64,000 nucleotides of DNA from Balanoglossus misakiensis (taxonomy: Eukaryota > Animalia > Hemichordata). Position 1 is the stretch's first letter. Every line of letters begins with the position of its first letter. The DNA lies in NCBI GenBank assembly GCA_040954595.2, contig CM082598.2:3479154-3543153 (forward strand). The letters run 5' to 3'. Made by a program: the position numbers and the translations under genes. The notes below the pieces were generated by a model. It saw only the letters and a list, made by a program, of their open reading frames with translations, had not been told where the DNA came from and did no database searches. This document shows, one piece after another, positions 13,673-26,250 of the stretch.

Positions 13673-16600
13673 AGAAAAGCATGATTGAATTCCATCATTA
13701 TGGTGTAATTTTGAACACAGTTCATTCAGTTTCGTTTGAGGTCAAGTATTCAAAATGTGCTGGATTAACAATAAAAGGCAGGCGAAGATAAATAACATTG
13801 ACTGTTGGCACAATGCTTTCTCATCGACTTGGCGTGAAGTATTCCAAATGAACACCAGTCCACTAATTTTCCGTATGGTTGAACTCAGGAAACCCCAAGA
13901 TTAGTTCATTGATATTCATGATAAATCGTGCCCTGTATTGTAAAATTGGGTTTAATGTCGTCTTATATTCTTTCTCCTAAAATCAATCACAAATCATCAT
14001 AAATCTGAACAATCAAACTTCTGTACCATTTGCTGTCCTTTTCATCGGTGTTATATTTTACGATAGGACGTTACTACTACTTCTCTCAATTTGAGAACAA
14101 ACCAATCTGTTCTGGATAATTAATTCTTGACACTTTACCGAGTCGTAGACTGTGTCGCACAGGTTTGATACGGTACGTGTTTTTATGTTGCCTTTTATAA
14201 AAAAATGAGAAACTGTATATAGCCTGTTTAATGTTTTCATTTCGGCCGTCAGGAACATGGCGTGATGATATCAAGCGATATCGATGGTAGACACAACAAT
14301 TATCAATATGAAGTAAGCAGAACAGCACAAATAGACAATCAAAAGAAACTAAAATAACAAATTAAATTAATTTAATTTCAATGGATTTCTAGTCAATTTA
14401 TAAAAGTTGGTCTTTTTTTCGAATAGATAATTTTCCACCCATTGTGAGATCTTGTGAGACTTAATTACTGTTGTATCGTTGAATGTTGATTCTCTATATA
14501 TCCACATGTAGAATAACATGAACGGTGTCTTGTATCAAACATAATGGAAAAAGCCTGCGAGAGAGAGACTTATCCCTTTAAATATTATTACGGCTTTGGA
14601 AACAAATATGATGAGTTTGCAAAAATAAATATGTTGAAACAGACTTACCTAGAACAAGCTGCGCGAATAGAAGACGCATTGCGAAGTTGGTAGCTGCACC
14701 CATGAGCAGAGAATGAGGATGCCACACTTCTAGAGTAATAGTTTGGTTTTGGCGTAATGGCAAAATATCCGCTGTACACGCTTTGGTAACTTCGTTGTGA
14801 ATGTAGCGTATCCTGTGAGCTCCCTAACTCATCCAGTATATGATTGCAGACACCCTCTAACCAGCTTTGTATGTTCCATGTATCTTAACCTGAGTGGTTT
14901 GGGCGGTCAATCTCGCAATCAGACGGGGAAAATTGGCGAGTATTAACTTCTGCCGACGACGATTTGCCCTTTCATTTAATCACATGTTGGTGTTTGTAAT
15001 GGAATTTGCTATAATATTGTTTTCAACTCTCGTCCAAGCGTTCCTTATAGAGTTGAATTTTAAAGAATCCTACATAAACATGTCTGTTATTAGAACAAAA
15101 AATGTGGTTAAGAGAACTAGAATTTCTTGAAATAGAATATGTATTGCATTCATAATGAGTATCGTTGTATGATAATGTTTATTGGACCTGATTTAAATTT
15201 CAGATGGTACATAGACGTAACTCTTTGACTCCACATGATGCCCAGACTGCACTGGCATTTCAACGAGGTGGTTAACTATCTGTTACATTACATGTGTATA
15301 CATTTTGACCACACTTTCATATGAAATACAAATGATGCAAAATGTTTTCTGTTTTGTAGATGGACCGGGTTATATTAATACTAACAAGATATATAGAATT
15401 GCTTCGAAAACAGATATTGGAAGCAAAGGTGCATGACAAAATTAAACAGATGGCAACTTGTTTTCTTCGTCTGTCATATTCGGAGAATCATATGAGCTGG
15501 GCCCGAACCTAATTTGTATGATATGAGAAACCAAATAACCAGATGAAAGTGTCGCTTAAACTCCTGTCATTCACAATTCTAAATGACTCTTAAGTTGCGG
15601 CAAAACCGTTATTGCCAATAAAAGAGCGTTGTCAAGGAGACAGGATCATTTACCGGGAGGTCGAGTGAATCCATCCGAGATTACCGGAAATAACAGAATG
15701 TGAAAATATACAGGAATCATCTTAGTTAGTAAACTGTCTTGGGGGAAACGTGCGCCCTGCACGTAATGACAATCATTGTGCCGCGTAGGATATGTGTCTC
15801 TCCGGCTGGTCTCCGCCGTGATTTCCTTGTACCATTTCCTACTTTGCAAACACAGATACAGACTTAGATATCGCGTCCATATTTTCACAGTTAGTCATTC
15901 ATGCAGTCAGTCAATCCTCTTTAGAGCTAACTGTACCTGTAGCACATACTTAAATTGTCCTGGTATTGTTACAATTTGTGAACTCAAATATAAATTGGAA
16001 GCTTATCTGTTTTCCTATAGTGGTGAACATTGTGTTACACAACACATTTGTTGTCACGACAGATACCTCACAATTTCTGCAAGTATGTTTATTCATTTGT
16101 CCAAAATTGGAATGATGCCTGTATGCTTGGCTAATATTGACTTGGCTTAGTACATTTGAACTGTTTGTTCTGCAAATTCTGTCTCGACCTATTTGTCTGG
16201 GGCACAGTCGACAAGGTAATCCTTTGAGGTAACTTGCGACTTTTCTAACTTACGATGTTTTTTGGCTACAAATCTGTATACTTTACAGCAGGTGTTCCTC
16301 TTTACCCGGGGAATGACAAGTAATAAAAGTTTATAGCTCTCTCGAGGAGGCTCTCTTCTGTCGGCGACGTTTCAATAAACCCTCTAATATTGTGAACTGT
16401 GCGCTCTCGTCTCTTTTGTCCTGGACTATGACGTCATGGAATAACTGCCTGTCAACCAGGAACACGACATGTCGCTGAGTGTCACAAGAGACAGAGGTTA
16501 GAGTCGGTCTGGTCATTCCTACTTTTACTGCAATCTTGCTTAAGAGGAAATCTCTCATAAAAGCGGTGCTTCTTCAAATACCCTCTGTAGGTAGTATTAA

Positions 16601-18829
16601 GTTAAACGTCACCTCAGGATAAGGTTACAGTCGTTCACATCTTCAGATTCTTTCTTGTACTGACGCCGTTGGGAAATATTCGTGTAGGGTTTTGTAAATA
16701 GACGGATGGCAGTATAGTTCCCAGGAAAACTAACACCACCTCAAGTATTACCATAACATTTGGAAAAAAAATTGATTTTTATTTGCCCAATAACGATATG
16801 ATAATGTTTTAATTTGATTTCAATTAATTATAAAAGAGGAAGAGGTGTGTGCTTGAAATCAATGTGGGGGAAAGTACTTTTAATTGAAGGTGATGTTATC
16901 TTTTAAACGTTCTTATGTTACAGCAATGGCCATGTTTTCCAGTGCAAATATTACCAAGGAGACACTTACAGTAGTGTTTTGCTTTGTTGTCCGTTTGATG
17001 TACTGCATAACCAGTTGAGCATTTTCAGGACGATAAAGGTCGAGAACTGAGATTTTGTAAAACACCACTGCGGTATATCATCTCCTTGTGTGTGATACTC
17101 GCGTCCAATGGGCAATAGTGGCGTCTGTATGATGCCTGCACGTAGTCTACGGCCTTGACTTGTATGAGTCACTATATGATTTGCTTCCCTGCCTTTTGCT
17201 GTAACCCTTCTGGAGTTGCAGCTTGGAGCCTTCTCCGTGCTCTTTGCGCACACCTGAGTTGGGAGTTTATATGCTGAGCTATACCATTATTCCAAATGAC
17301 CAGGCAGCGTGCGTTACTTCAGAATCAACATTCATCACTTGATTCACTTTGTTACATTTCCAACATCGGTTTAATTTCGCAACTAACGAGGCGAGGCTCA
17401 CTTAAACAACGTCGTCAGGTGTCCGGTTGCTAGGAGACGCAGGTTTGTTTTCACACATAAAACCACTTTGAGAGGAAGATAAGCGATTTAAAGGGTTTAA
17501 TTCTGTCCTGTTGATGTTAGTGTGTGCAACACATATGAACCAGTCAGGCGTACAATTTGACGCAAGCAAGAAAAACTTTGAATTGTTAATGGAAACATCA
17601 GCCTGTGTCTTATTTCATAAATGACAAGGGAAGACAGTCATGTACACACATGTAAACTATTCATTTATTACTTCCTATGAGTTTGACTTGCATTGCAATT
17701 TGAAGGGATATATTTCTTGACGCTTCTTATTAATATGCAAATGAACATACATGTATATGCGCATGGCACTTTATACGGCACGTCTTATATATACAGTTTT
17801 GTGTGTTTAACCACAACAATTCTGTCGCCCCCAAAAGCAGAGAGCACACAAATTTGAATCCTGGTTTGACACAGCTAGCCATTTTGAGACTTCCTGGAAA
17901 TAATACATTTTTAATATTTAGTGGGCTTCTTCTCCATATATCCTTTTATAGGAAAACATCAGAATATAAATTATTGGTGTTTGTTATGCATGTAGCTCTT
18001 GTTGACATTGAATAATGGAAATCATGGTTCAAAATCTTTGCTGTCTTATGTAACTGCCTATTTCTTTGAGACATCACAAAATACATAGTATTACTGTTTG
18101 TCTGTTTTAAATATATGCTGTCGAATTCCTGGATATGATGATGGAATTTCCAGCAAGAAATGACGAAGGATAAAAGTACATGTTGACTGTTCAGTTGAGT
18201 ACGGCTTGCAAATCACAACTCTGAATTAAGAATTATTGGCGCCTGCCTGTCAAGTCTTTTTCACAAACTGTAAATATGACACTTATCGACTGATGTCCAA
18301 AAACCTGTGAAATGCAGTCACCAAGTTGAATGACAAAAATATCTCGAGTATCTTGAAATATAATTGCAACATTCTCAATTTCACACCTTCTGTGGGAGTA
18401 CTTGAAATAACGAAGCTGTGTCAGCCTTTAATGGCTTGATCTTTGCGGCAAACTATTTAATGGTTGATTTGTTAAAGTCTCACGTGACCAAACTTCACGT
18501 GACGAGACTCTTAAGTTCTAAAATGTTACTGCATCCACGCAGAGACAGTTGAACAACTAACTGCAGGATAAAATACACTACTCATGTTGCAATGAGTTAT
18601 GAGAGAAATTACTGTTTCATTCAAAAATAGTACCTATTCATGACCATTGTTTTACGGTACCAATTGTTTTATTTCAGCAAATTTTCCTCAACACAATATA
18701 GAAAATTAAAAGTAGGTGTCTGAACTACGCATGTACGAATTTTCGCTGTTATATACTTGAACAAACAAACACAAATACTACTTTTTTGTTTGTTTTTTTT
18801 GCGGCAGGCCTAGGCAACGCCTCCTATGT

Positions 18830-19249
18830 CTAGAATGGAATTTCCGGCATTTCCGGTCACCTTTACAGTTTGGCCATAGATGGCGCTCGTCAAAATCAGG
18901 CTTTTCGTAAATTGCGTGATACAACATCAATAATACGCGTTGCGTGTCACTCCATTTAAGAGAAATAAGAGTGTTTGGGGGTCAATTTTGTGTAGAGCAA
19001 GAATTTTACCAAAAAAGTAATATTTCTGCGTAGCGGCTGCGCCCGCACGCGGCAATGTCCAGAGAAAATGACGTAGTCCAATTTCGTCGAATAGGAACTT
19101 CCGGGATGCACCAGAAATAGACATCTTGGAGATCCCAGGAATAACAACACACGTTATGTTATTGAACAAGTCAGGCGCACACGATTCGCACGGATTAGTG
19201 AGGTGGAAATTAACCAGAATTTCTTTGGACGATCTCTACTAGTTTGTTG
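18830..19249 (+). promoter_or_regulatory. CpG-enriched promoter and probable non-coding first exon of the UEV-UEV-RING gene
   Basis: Local CpG enrichment, three TTCCGG (ETS-type) motifs, AGATGGCG (YY1-like) at ~18878, strong donor TTG|GTAAGT at 19249/19250. A second probable UTR exon lies at 20383-20501. Confidence 0.5.
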
Positions 19250-20222
19250 GTAAGTAACCTGGAATGTGACAGTTTTTCAATGGTTATTTAAGTGGTTGGA
19301 TAGCGTAACACAGTGATATAAACACGACCGTAATACGTGAGATGGATTACACCTGGCGATCGTGATATGACCCTAAACGACCTTTCAAACGCACGTGAGA
19401 GTAATTAGCCGAGTTCATATTTTTAATGACGGTCGATCACTATCTTTCTGCAGTCTATAATTCTTGTTTATGATGTGTACATGGTACATACTTGTATGGT
19501 ATTGGTAACGTGATTATGATATTGTCCTATCGTTGCCACCACCCTCGCTTGGCTTCACTGCACAGTATAAAAGCTAAGAGGGATCTGGTAACTTTAAGAG
19601 ATATTGATTAAATTGAGTGACAGACAATAACTGTCCTCATTACGTATTTTGACCCAAGCCAATCTGCATTGTTGTGTTTTGAAGTTAGCAGGTCATCCTT
19701 TGGACCAGGGTAAATGAATCACAGAGAAAAGCTAATTGAGTGCTTATTCATTGTAACCAGTGACCCTCTGGAGGCACTTATCCAAGGGCTGGTGTTATTT
19801 AGATTAGCCAAGACAGTTTGTCACAAAGTGGTAATGTTGTTGTGTTTACATATCAATGCACATGTAAAGATCTCCACGGTCCAGACAACACAGACAGAGT
19901 GACACATTTATTTAATTGTATTTCCGGGAACAACATGGCATATTCATGACGCATATAGAAACATGGAAAACTTGTTCATTGGAAGCCATCTTGTTGAATA
20001 GGGAATACTAATATTAATCTATTATTAATCTATGATAATATAATCATGCCAAAAGATCATCCCCTGATCGATCATATAAACACATACTTGTATGTGTAAG
20101 GACATTGTGACCTGAACTCAAAACAAAATGATTTATATGGTGGAGACATTTTATTGGCCATGTATGGCCCATTTACAGTCAGGCTTGTCTGCATGGAAAT
20201 AAAATGTACAACAGCTGTGTGG

Positions 20223-20315
20223 TTAACCCTTTTACCACCGTAGTACAGTCCACATCCATTGTTTTCTATGGTATGGTTGGACCTCTAAACAGGGTACTGG
20301 GGGTGAAAGGGTTAA
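20223..20315 (-). mobile_element. piggyBac-like MITE, copy 2 (both ends intact)
   Basis: TTAA-CCCTTTTACC...GGTGAAAGGG-TTAA: terminal inverted repeats starting CCCTT with TTAA on both sides; reverse orientation relative to the other copies. Confidence 0.8.
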
Positions 20316-21154
20316 CTTTTGTCTGCTTTGTGGCAGCCATAGAAAACCCCATTATCTGAACACTTGGCTTACTGTATTTCAGGTGTAATTCAAGAAGTAT
20401 TTCAATTTATCCACACATACCAACCACAGTGTTGACTGGAAGAAATATTTAGGTCAAGAAGACTTTAAATTTGTGTGTTTAATTTATCCAAGATTACACC
20501 AGTAAGGTCTCGCATGACTTGAAATTGTTCAATGCCTTGATATTAACTGTAGGCTGTCCACATACAGCTAGACAGTAAATATTGATTACCAGAACCCCAA
20601 AACATTTTAGACAAACAATAAACCGTTCTAGTCCACATATTATTCATTTGAAATAGGGTGTGCATTTAACATGAATACTTGCTCTGCTGGGGGATCTGAA
20701 ATTGACATTTGATACTGAAGCGGATTTCAAATGCGTGCATTGCGGGATGGGTTTCGGAATTTCATGCACATGTACACGGAAATCTTGTCTTGTTTCCGTG
20801 GAAAACAATATCTCTAGTTACAGTTAGTTTTGATATGTACGCACTGATTGTTTTCATCATTATATTAATAAATGAAATTGAAATGCATAGTGTATTCTTC
20901 GTTGAAGGCCAACTGGATATGACTAGGTATGACTGGCTTAGCGGAATTTCCTCGTATTCACTGCTTGTTAAGGATGTAACATAGAAAGCCTAAAAAGTCT
21001 TATGTTTCAAATTTTTGTCCATATCGCACCAGAGCTACTCAGATCGTATACAGAATGCGTTATCTGTGCGACATGTCTTGTAGGACTATGAACTGAATAA
21101 CCCCCTCTGTGATTGGTCCACACAGGAACGTTTTGCTGAAATGCTACAATGAAA

Positions 21155-23169
21155 ATGGCTGTTACAAACCAACAACTCAAGAAGCTCTGTCAGAAGGGCA
21201 AGGTGAGTGAAAAGTTTGTGTGCTGTCGTCACGGAAAATGTCCCGAGGGAAAATCCCGGATTTGGAGGACACAGTCTTGAACATTTTTCTGGCTTTCAAA
21301 CATGTCAGGAAAATAATTATAGACAAGTTGACAGACCAGAGTTTGATCAGGCTAATACAATGTGTTAGAGTATACATGCATGTAGGCATGTTTCAACTCA
21401 TGCAAAGCTAAAACATATATCACAGATTGTTTACATGCAACATGCAATCATGTGACCATGAAAAGTGTAGTCAGGTGGTCAAAGGGTAAAGTCCCACTTT
21501 CTACAGAAAGTAATGTGTGGGGGGTCAGGTGACCTTACCTTGACCTCTGACAATACAACGCTCCACTTTTGCTTCTATGAAAAAAATGTGTGTGGGACCA
21601 GCTGGAGGCTTGGTATTCACATTAACAATACCAGGGATAGGCTCTACTGGTTTGCTGGTATGTGAGCATTCAAATCAGGAATGGAAAAAAAATGTATTTT
21701 TTTATCTTCCAGTATAAAGATGACGCCAAAGTTATTGAAGATTTACAGCGCGTATTTTCAAGATATACACACCTGAAAATTTCAACAGATAAATACAGTA
21801 AGAAAATGCGACTCTTTTTTTTCCTCCTTTTGAGATTATGAAGGTGCAGTATCCCTTCTGTGGTTTTCAAGGGATGCAGAAGTTTGGGTTTAACCCTTTC
21901 ATCCCTAGTTCCCTCTATAGAGGTCCAACCTTACCATACAAAACAATGGGTTTGGACTGAACCATTTTATTAACATTGTTCACTTGATTTCTCTGTATTG
22001 TATCATTTTTTAGCGTATGAAGATGGCTGTGTGAAGACTCTGTTGAATTTGTTCGGAACTGTTCCTGTCTGTTACCAAGGTAACGACCATGTTTTCTCAT
22101 TATTCTTGCCCAGAAATTGATTATTTTTATTCATCATATTTTTATGTTTGATACAAATTCTGACATCTTTAAAATTCTGATACAAATATCACAGTTGCAT
22201 CCTTAAATAATTCATTTCACAGTACAGATCAGAACCAAGCTTTCTATGGAATTCTGTGAAACACCCTGATATCCTCATTAAAGTCACATTGCCATGACTT
22301 TTGTACCATTCCCAGGAAGTAACTACAATGTACCAGTTCGACTCTGGCTGCAACGGACCCATCCCGAAGACGCTCCCATATGCTACGTCGAACCCACAAA
22401 CGACATGTACGTCGCTCAGTCCCACAATGTAGACGCAGCTGGAAAAATGTATCTACCGTACTTGAGCCAGTGGCGTTGGGTAGGTTTCACGAATAGTTCA
22501 TTGTGGTTGATCTGTGATATCGCATGTACCGTATATTGAACAGAAGAAACAATATCCCGATCTCATAACACCATATGTTTCATCAAAGTTTGTGATGATG
22601 AATCGAGATATTAAAAGGGGGACACTTATAGAATATCTATAGAATTTCCATTAGAATTTATAGAATTTCTATGGACATCTGAAGAGGTTCTATGTAGTTT
22701 TGGCCTTTTATCTATTGAATTCTAGTGCACTTCATTTTACTGCTCAAAAATCTAATTACTTCACACAAGCAACCAAACAGTGCCTGGAACTAGTCACCAT
22801 GACCTTCAAAGTGTATCAAAGGTTATACAAGACTGAAAATAATATATTTTTCCCCCCGCAGCCCACTTTCGACACAGCCGGTCTCCTCAGTGTCATCATT
22901 ACAGTCTTCAGTGAGAAAATGCCAGTGTACGCCAAGACTACCGGGATGAATTTCCAGAACATTGCATCCCAACAAGCTGCAAGGAGAGGCTCCAGTCTAA
23001 GCATAGCATCAAGTATGTGTACTATACTTTCAAAATTATATGTTATAATGATCAATATGTCTGTACTAGCAGATTTAATAATTACTGTAAACAAAAACAA
23101 TTGTGATATTTACATTTGGGTTAATTGCTTTTGGATCATGGGGATTTTAAAATTCTGGATTACATACAA

Positions 23170-23203
<34 letters not shown>

Positions 23204-26200
23204 TCTCTATCCATCTCTCTCTCTCTCTCTCTCTGTCAGTCTGTTGACTGTCTGGTTCTTTCCCTCCACTTGTAGCAGGGGGTGTACCAGTAGTATGTGC
23301 AAGTGTGTGTGTGTGTATGTAAGATGAAGAGGTGGGAGTCATACAGACAGATTGAGACAGAAAAATTCACCTGTTGTATTTAATTCCAATGGAACAAAGA
23401 AAGAGTGTGTGGTAATGTTTTCTTTTATTGTTTGTTTTCAGCCTCGTCAGATTCAAGTGATTATGCTATGAGCCTGAGTGACAGCCAACCTTTCCTAGCC
23501 CATGCTGAAAGTTGCAAGCAATTTCTTCACAAAGCTGTCAAGAACGTGAGTGTCCATTTTAGTATCGGCAATAGTTGTGAAGGCAACTTTAGCCTTCGAA
23601 TCTGGCTCAGAAGAAACTTCTGGGCGATGGCATACATCACTGGGATCAATAAGATACTGTAGATTTTTGTTTTAGTTGATCTGATCTCAAGGGACCAAAT
23701 TGAAGGAAAATTATACAAGAACAATTAGCAGTATTGAAACTTGAATAAATATCAAAGTTTATCATTTGTCTTGCAGTATAAAAACAAAGATGAAGTAAAA
23801 AGGGACATGTTTGAAGCTCTGGCAGAACATAGACACCTCAAACCACAGCTGGAAGATTGGGGTAAGGAGAGTTCCCATGATGCACTATTCAAAATGGTGG
23901 CCAGTGAAAAATAGTTTGCAAGAATGTTGTTTGAATAGGACGACTTCTAGAGTGGTGGATTTATCTGGATAACGGTGTATCAGTATGTACATATAGGGAC
24001 TGCTACTTTAAGGGTCATCTTAGCAACAATCCAAGGCAACTAACATAAGGTTTTTTTTTTCCCTTGCGACCAGAAGACACCGATGGAAAAATGAAGAAGA
24101 CTCTAAATTTATCCGGGACCGTTGGTATAACTTATCAAGGTAAGAATAAGAATCAAGGATTTCTAAAATCATTAGTATTGCAAACCACATAGACGATATT
24201 TAGATCTCTACCGTGTGGCAGTTAGAGCACCAACAAATAGCCGATGGAGGCAACATGCCTCCATAGATAAGTCACATTTGGCAGCCATATTGGTTCACAG
24301 GTCATAGGTCGACTGACTGTTTGTTGACTGGCTGCTTGTTTCCTCTTGCAGGAGGCAGCTATAACATTCCAATCTGTATCTGGATTCTTCGGAACTATCC
24401 CGAAAGTCTGCCCCTGTGCTATGTCAGACCCACCAGGGATATGGCCATCAAAGCTAGTGCCCTCGTAGACCCAGCTGGTAAAATTATGCTGCCTTACCTA
24501 CAGCATTGGAAGCATGTAAGTCTTTTACATATCCCTCTTTTTTCTGAACCAACGCAATATATATGTAAATGACAAGTCTAGAAGAAAGGTGTCTTTTGTA
24601 TGATATATAAATAGTGGAGTACCGTATACAAATGATTTCATTTGTTGACATGCAAATGATAAACAAAATATTATTACAGTAAACATTTTATAGATATCTA
24701 TAGAACTCTTTGTGAATTTCTATAGAAGTTTCCAGCCATTTACTGATGATGTTTGAGTTTATAACAGTTGCATATTTTTCATCTTTCACCAGCCCAACAC
24801 TGATCTAGACGGCCTGTTACAGGTTATCGCGGTGGAGTTCGGCAAAGACTGCCCAATCTATTCAGTGACATCAGCACAGAACAGCAATGTCGCACAAGAC
24901 GGTAGAAGAGGAAGCGCTGCCTCTATAACCTCCACAAATTACATGAGTCCGTCGTCTCGCCCCGTGGCTCAAGGTCAAGGGTCGGACTATTTGGTACCGC
25001 AAAGCCAACCCCCTCACTACATGTCGCCGCAAAACCAACCCCCACACTACATGTCGCCGCAAAGCCAACCCCCTCACTACATGTCACCGCAAGGTCAAAG
25101 GTCACAAGGTCAACCCCCGCACTACATGCCACCGGAAGGTCAAGGGTCACACTACATGTCGGCTGCGTCGCAGCAAGGAGTGTACATGCCTCTGGGACCG
25201 AGGCAGACCGAGCAGTACATGACAATGCACGCTGTCGCGCCCGGTGCCGCGCAACAACACGGTCCCGGTTCATACTACAATCTGGGCAATCCTGCAGGCA
25301 TAGCAGAGCACAAACCAGCCACACCGCCGACGACGCGAACGAGGGTCATGGCAAACCGACCACTTCCACCTGGTAGGTGTTGATGACCAATAGATTGTTA
25401 CTTGGTCGCAGATGCATACAGCAGAAGTCATGGCCCCCGTTTGATACATAAACAAATCCAGACATTGTTGAAGGATAAACTCGCATAAAATGCAGAACAG
25501 AAAGTTGACTTTAGCTGGCGATGGATTACATGTAATCTTATCGTTTACTTTCAAAGCTGTAAATATCAGATAATAATCTGTCCGGTTCACAACCTGCACC
25601 AGGAAGTTCTATTTTTAATGACTGTTTGCACCATTAAGATATAAATCGTAGAATGATATAAATTAGGTTGTAAATATGTTGAGGTGTGAAGACATGAGCT
25701 TGTTCAAAACAAACATTTGGTCTAGTGGTAATACATGTACAAAATCAAAGTGAACAGTGTCAGGGAATCATAACTTTCCATGACATAAGGTTTTTGAAGG
25801 TTATAAAACACTGAGATTGCAATGCAGGTGATGAGTTTGCAACTTCAGTAGATCTCAGTTTAAAAACCTATGTTTCATTTATTTATATTTCATTAAAATT
25901 GGTTTTTGAATTTTTCAGTTCCAGCACAACCGGCTGCTCAAGGGACCCCTCCAACTGCACGGCCACAAGGACAATTGAACCCCATACAGGAAGACAGCCA
26001 ATCGGCCGACGAAAACCGCAAGCTACAAGAGCAGTTGGAGCAGGCGCGGAGGGAGCTGGAACTCTTCCGGCTGCGGGAGAAGACGCGGGAACTGGAAGAG
26101 GCGCAGATGTGCTCCATCTGCATGGAGAAGAGGAAGGACATGGCGTTCCAGTGCGGCCACATGACGTGCCGGGACTGCTCCACTCAACTGCAGAACTGTC

Positions 26201-26250
26201 CCATTTGCCGGAATCCAATCGAACGGAAAATCGGCCTGTACCAGTGCTGA
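21155..26250 (+). CDS. TSG101-type tandem UEV-UEV, Tyr/Pro-rich linker, coiled coil and C3HC4 RING protein (putative E3 ubiquitin ligase, ~614 aa)
   Basis: 11 coding exons splice in frame to 1845 nt: 21155-21202, 21713-21797, 22014-22079, 22316-22479, 22862-23012, 23442-23545, 23777-23861, 24074-24139, 24352-24515, 24793-25372, 25919-26250. Starts MAVTNQQLKK (TSG101 starts MAVSESQLKK). Each UEV has G.YN.P...W....P...P.CYV.PT.DM......VD..GK..LPYL..W. C-terminus CSICMEKRKDMAFQCGHMTCRDCSTQLQNCPICRNPIERKIGLY. An in-frame ATG also exists at 21149. Confidence 0.93.
21890..21965 (+). mobile_element. piggyBac-like MITE, copy 3 (right end truncated)
   Basis: TTAACCCTTTCATCCCTAGTTCCCTCTATAGAGGTCCAACCTTACCATACAAAACAATGGGTTTGGACTGAACCAT, in an intron of the UEV-RING gene. 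Confidence 0.75.
23170..23234. repeat. poly-C plus (CT)n microsatellite
   Basis: Directly visible intronic simple repeat. Confidence 0.95.
24997..25135 (+). repeat. Coding 30-bp tandem repeat (PQ[S/N]QPPHYMS)x3 plus a degenerate fourth copy
   Basis: CCGCAAAGCCAACCCCCTCACTACATGTCG repeated with period 30 inside exon 24793-25372. Confidence 0.9.

Noticed and set aside
24997-25135. CRISPR-like reading of the 30-bp repeats (also the 24-bp repeats near 43489)
   Set aside because: Contiguous in-frame coding repeats without spacers in a eukaryotic exon; no cas genes.
21155-26250. Calling the gene TSG101 itself or an active E2
   Set aside because: It has two UEVs, no Vps23-core/steadiness box, ends in a RING, and has Tyr or Met where an E2 catalytic Cys would be.
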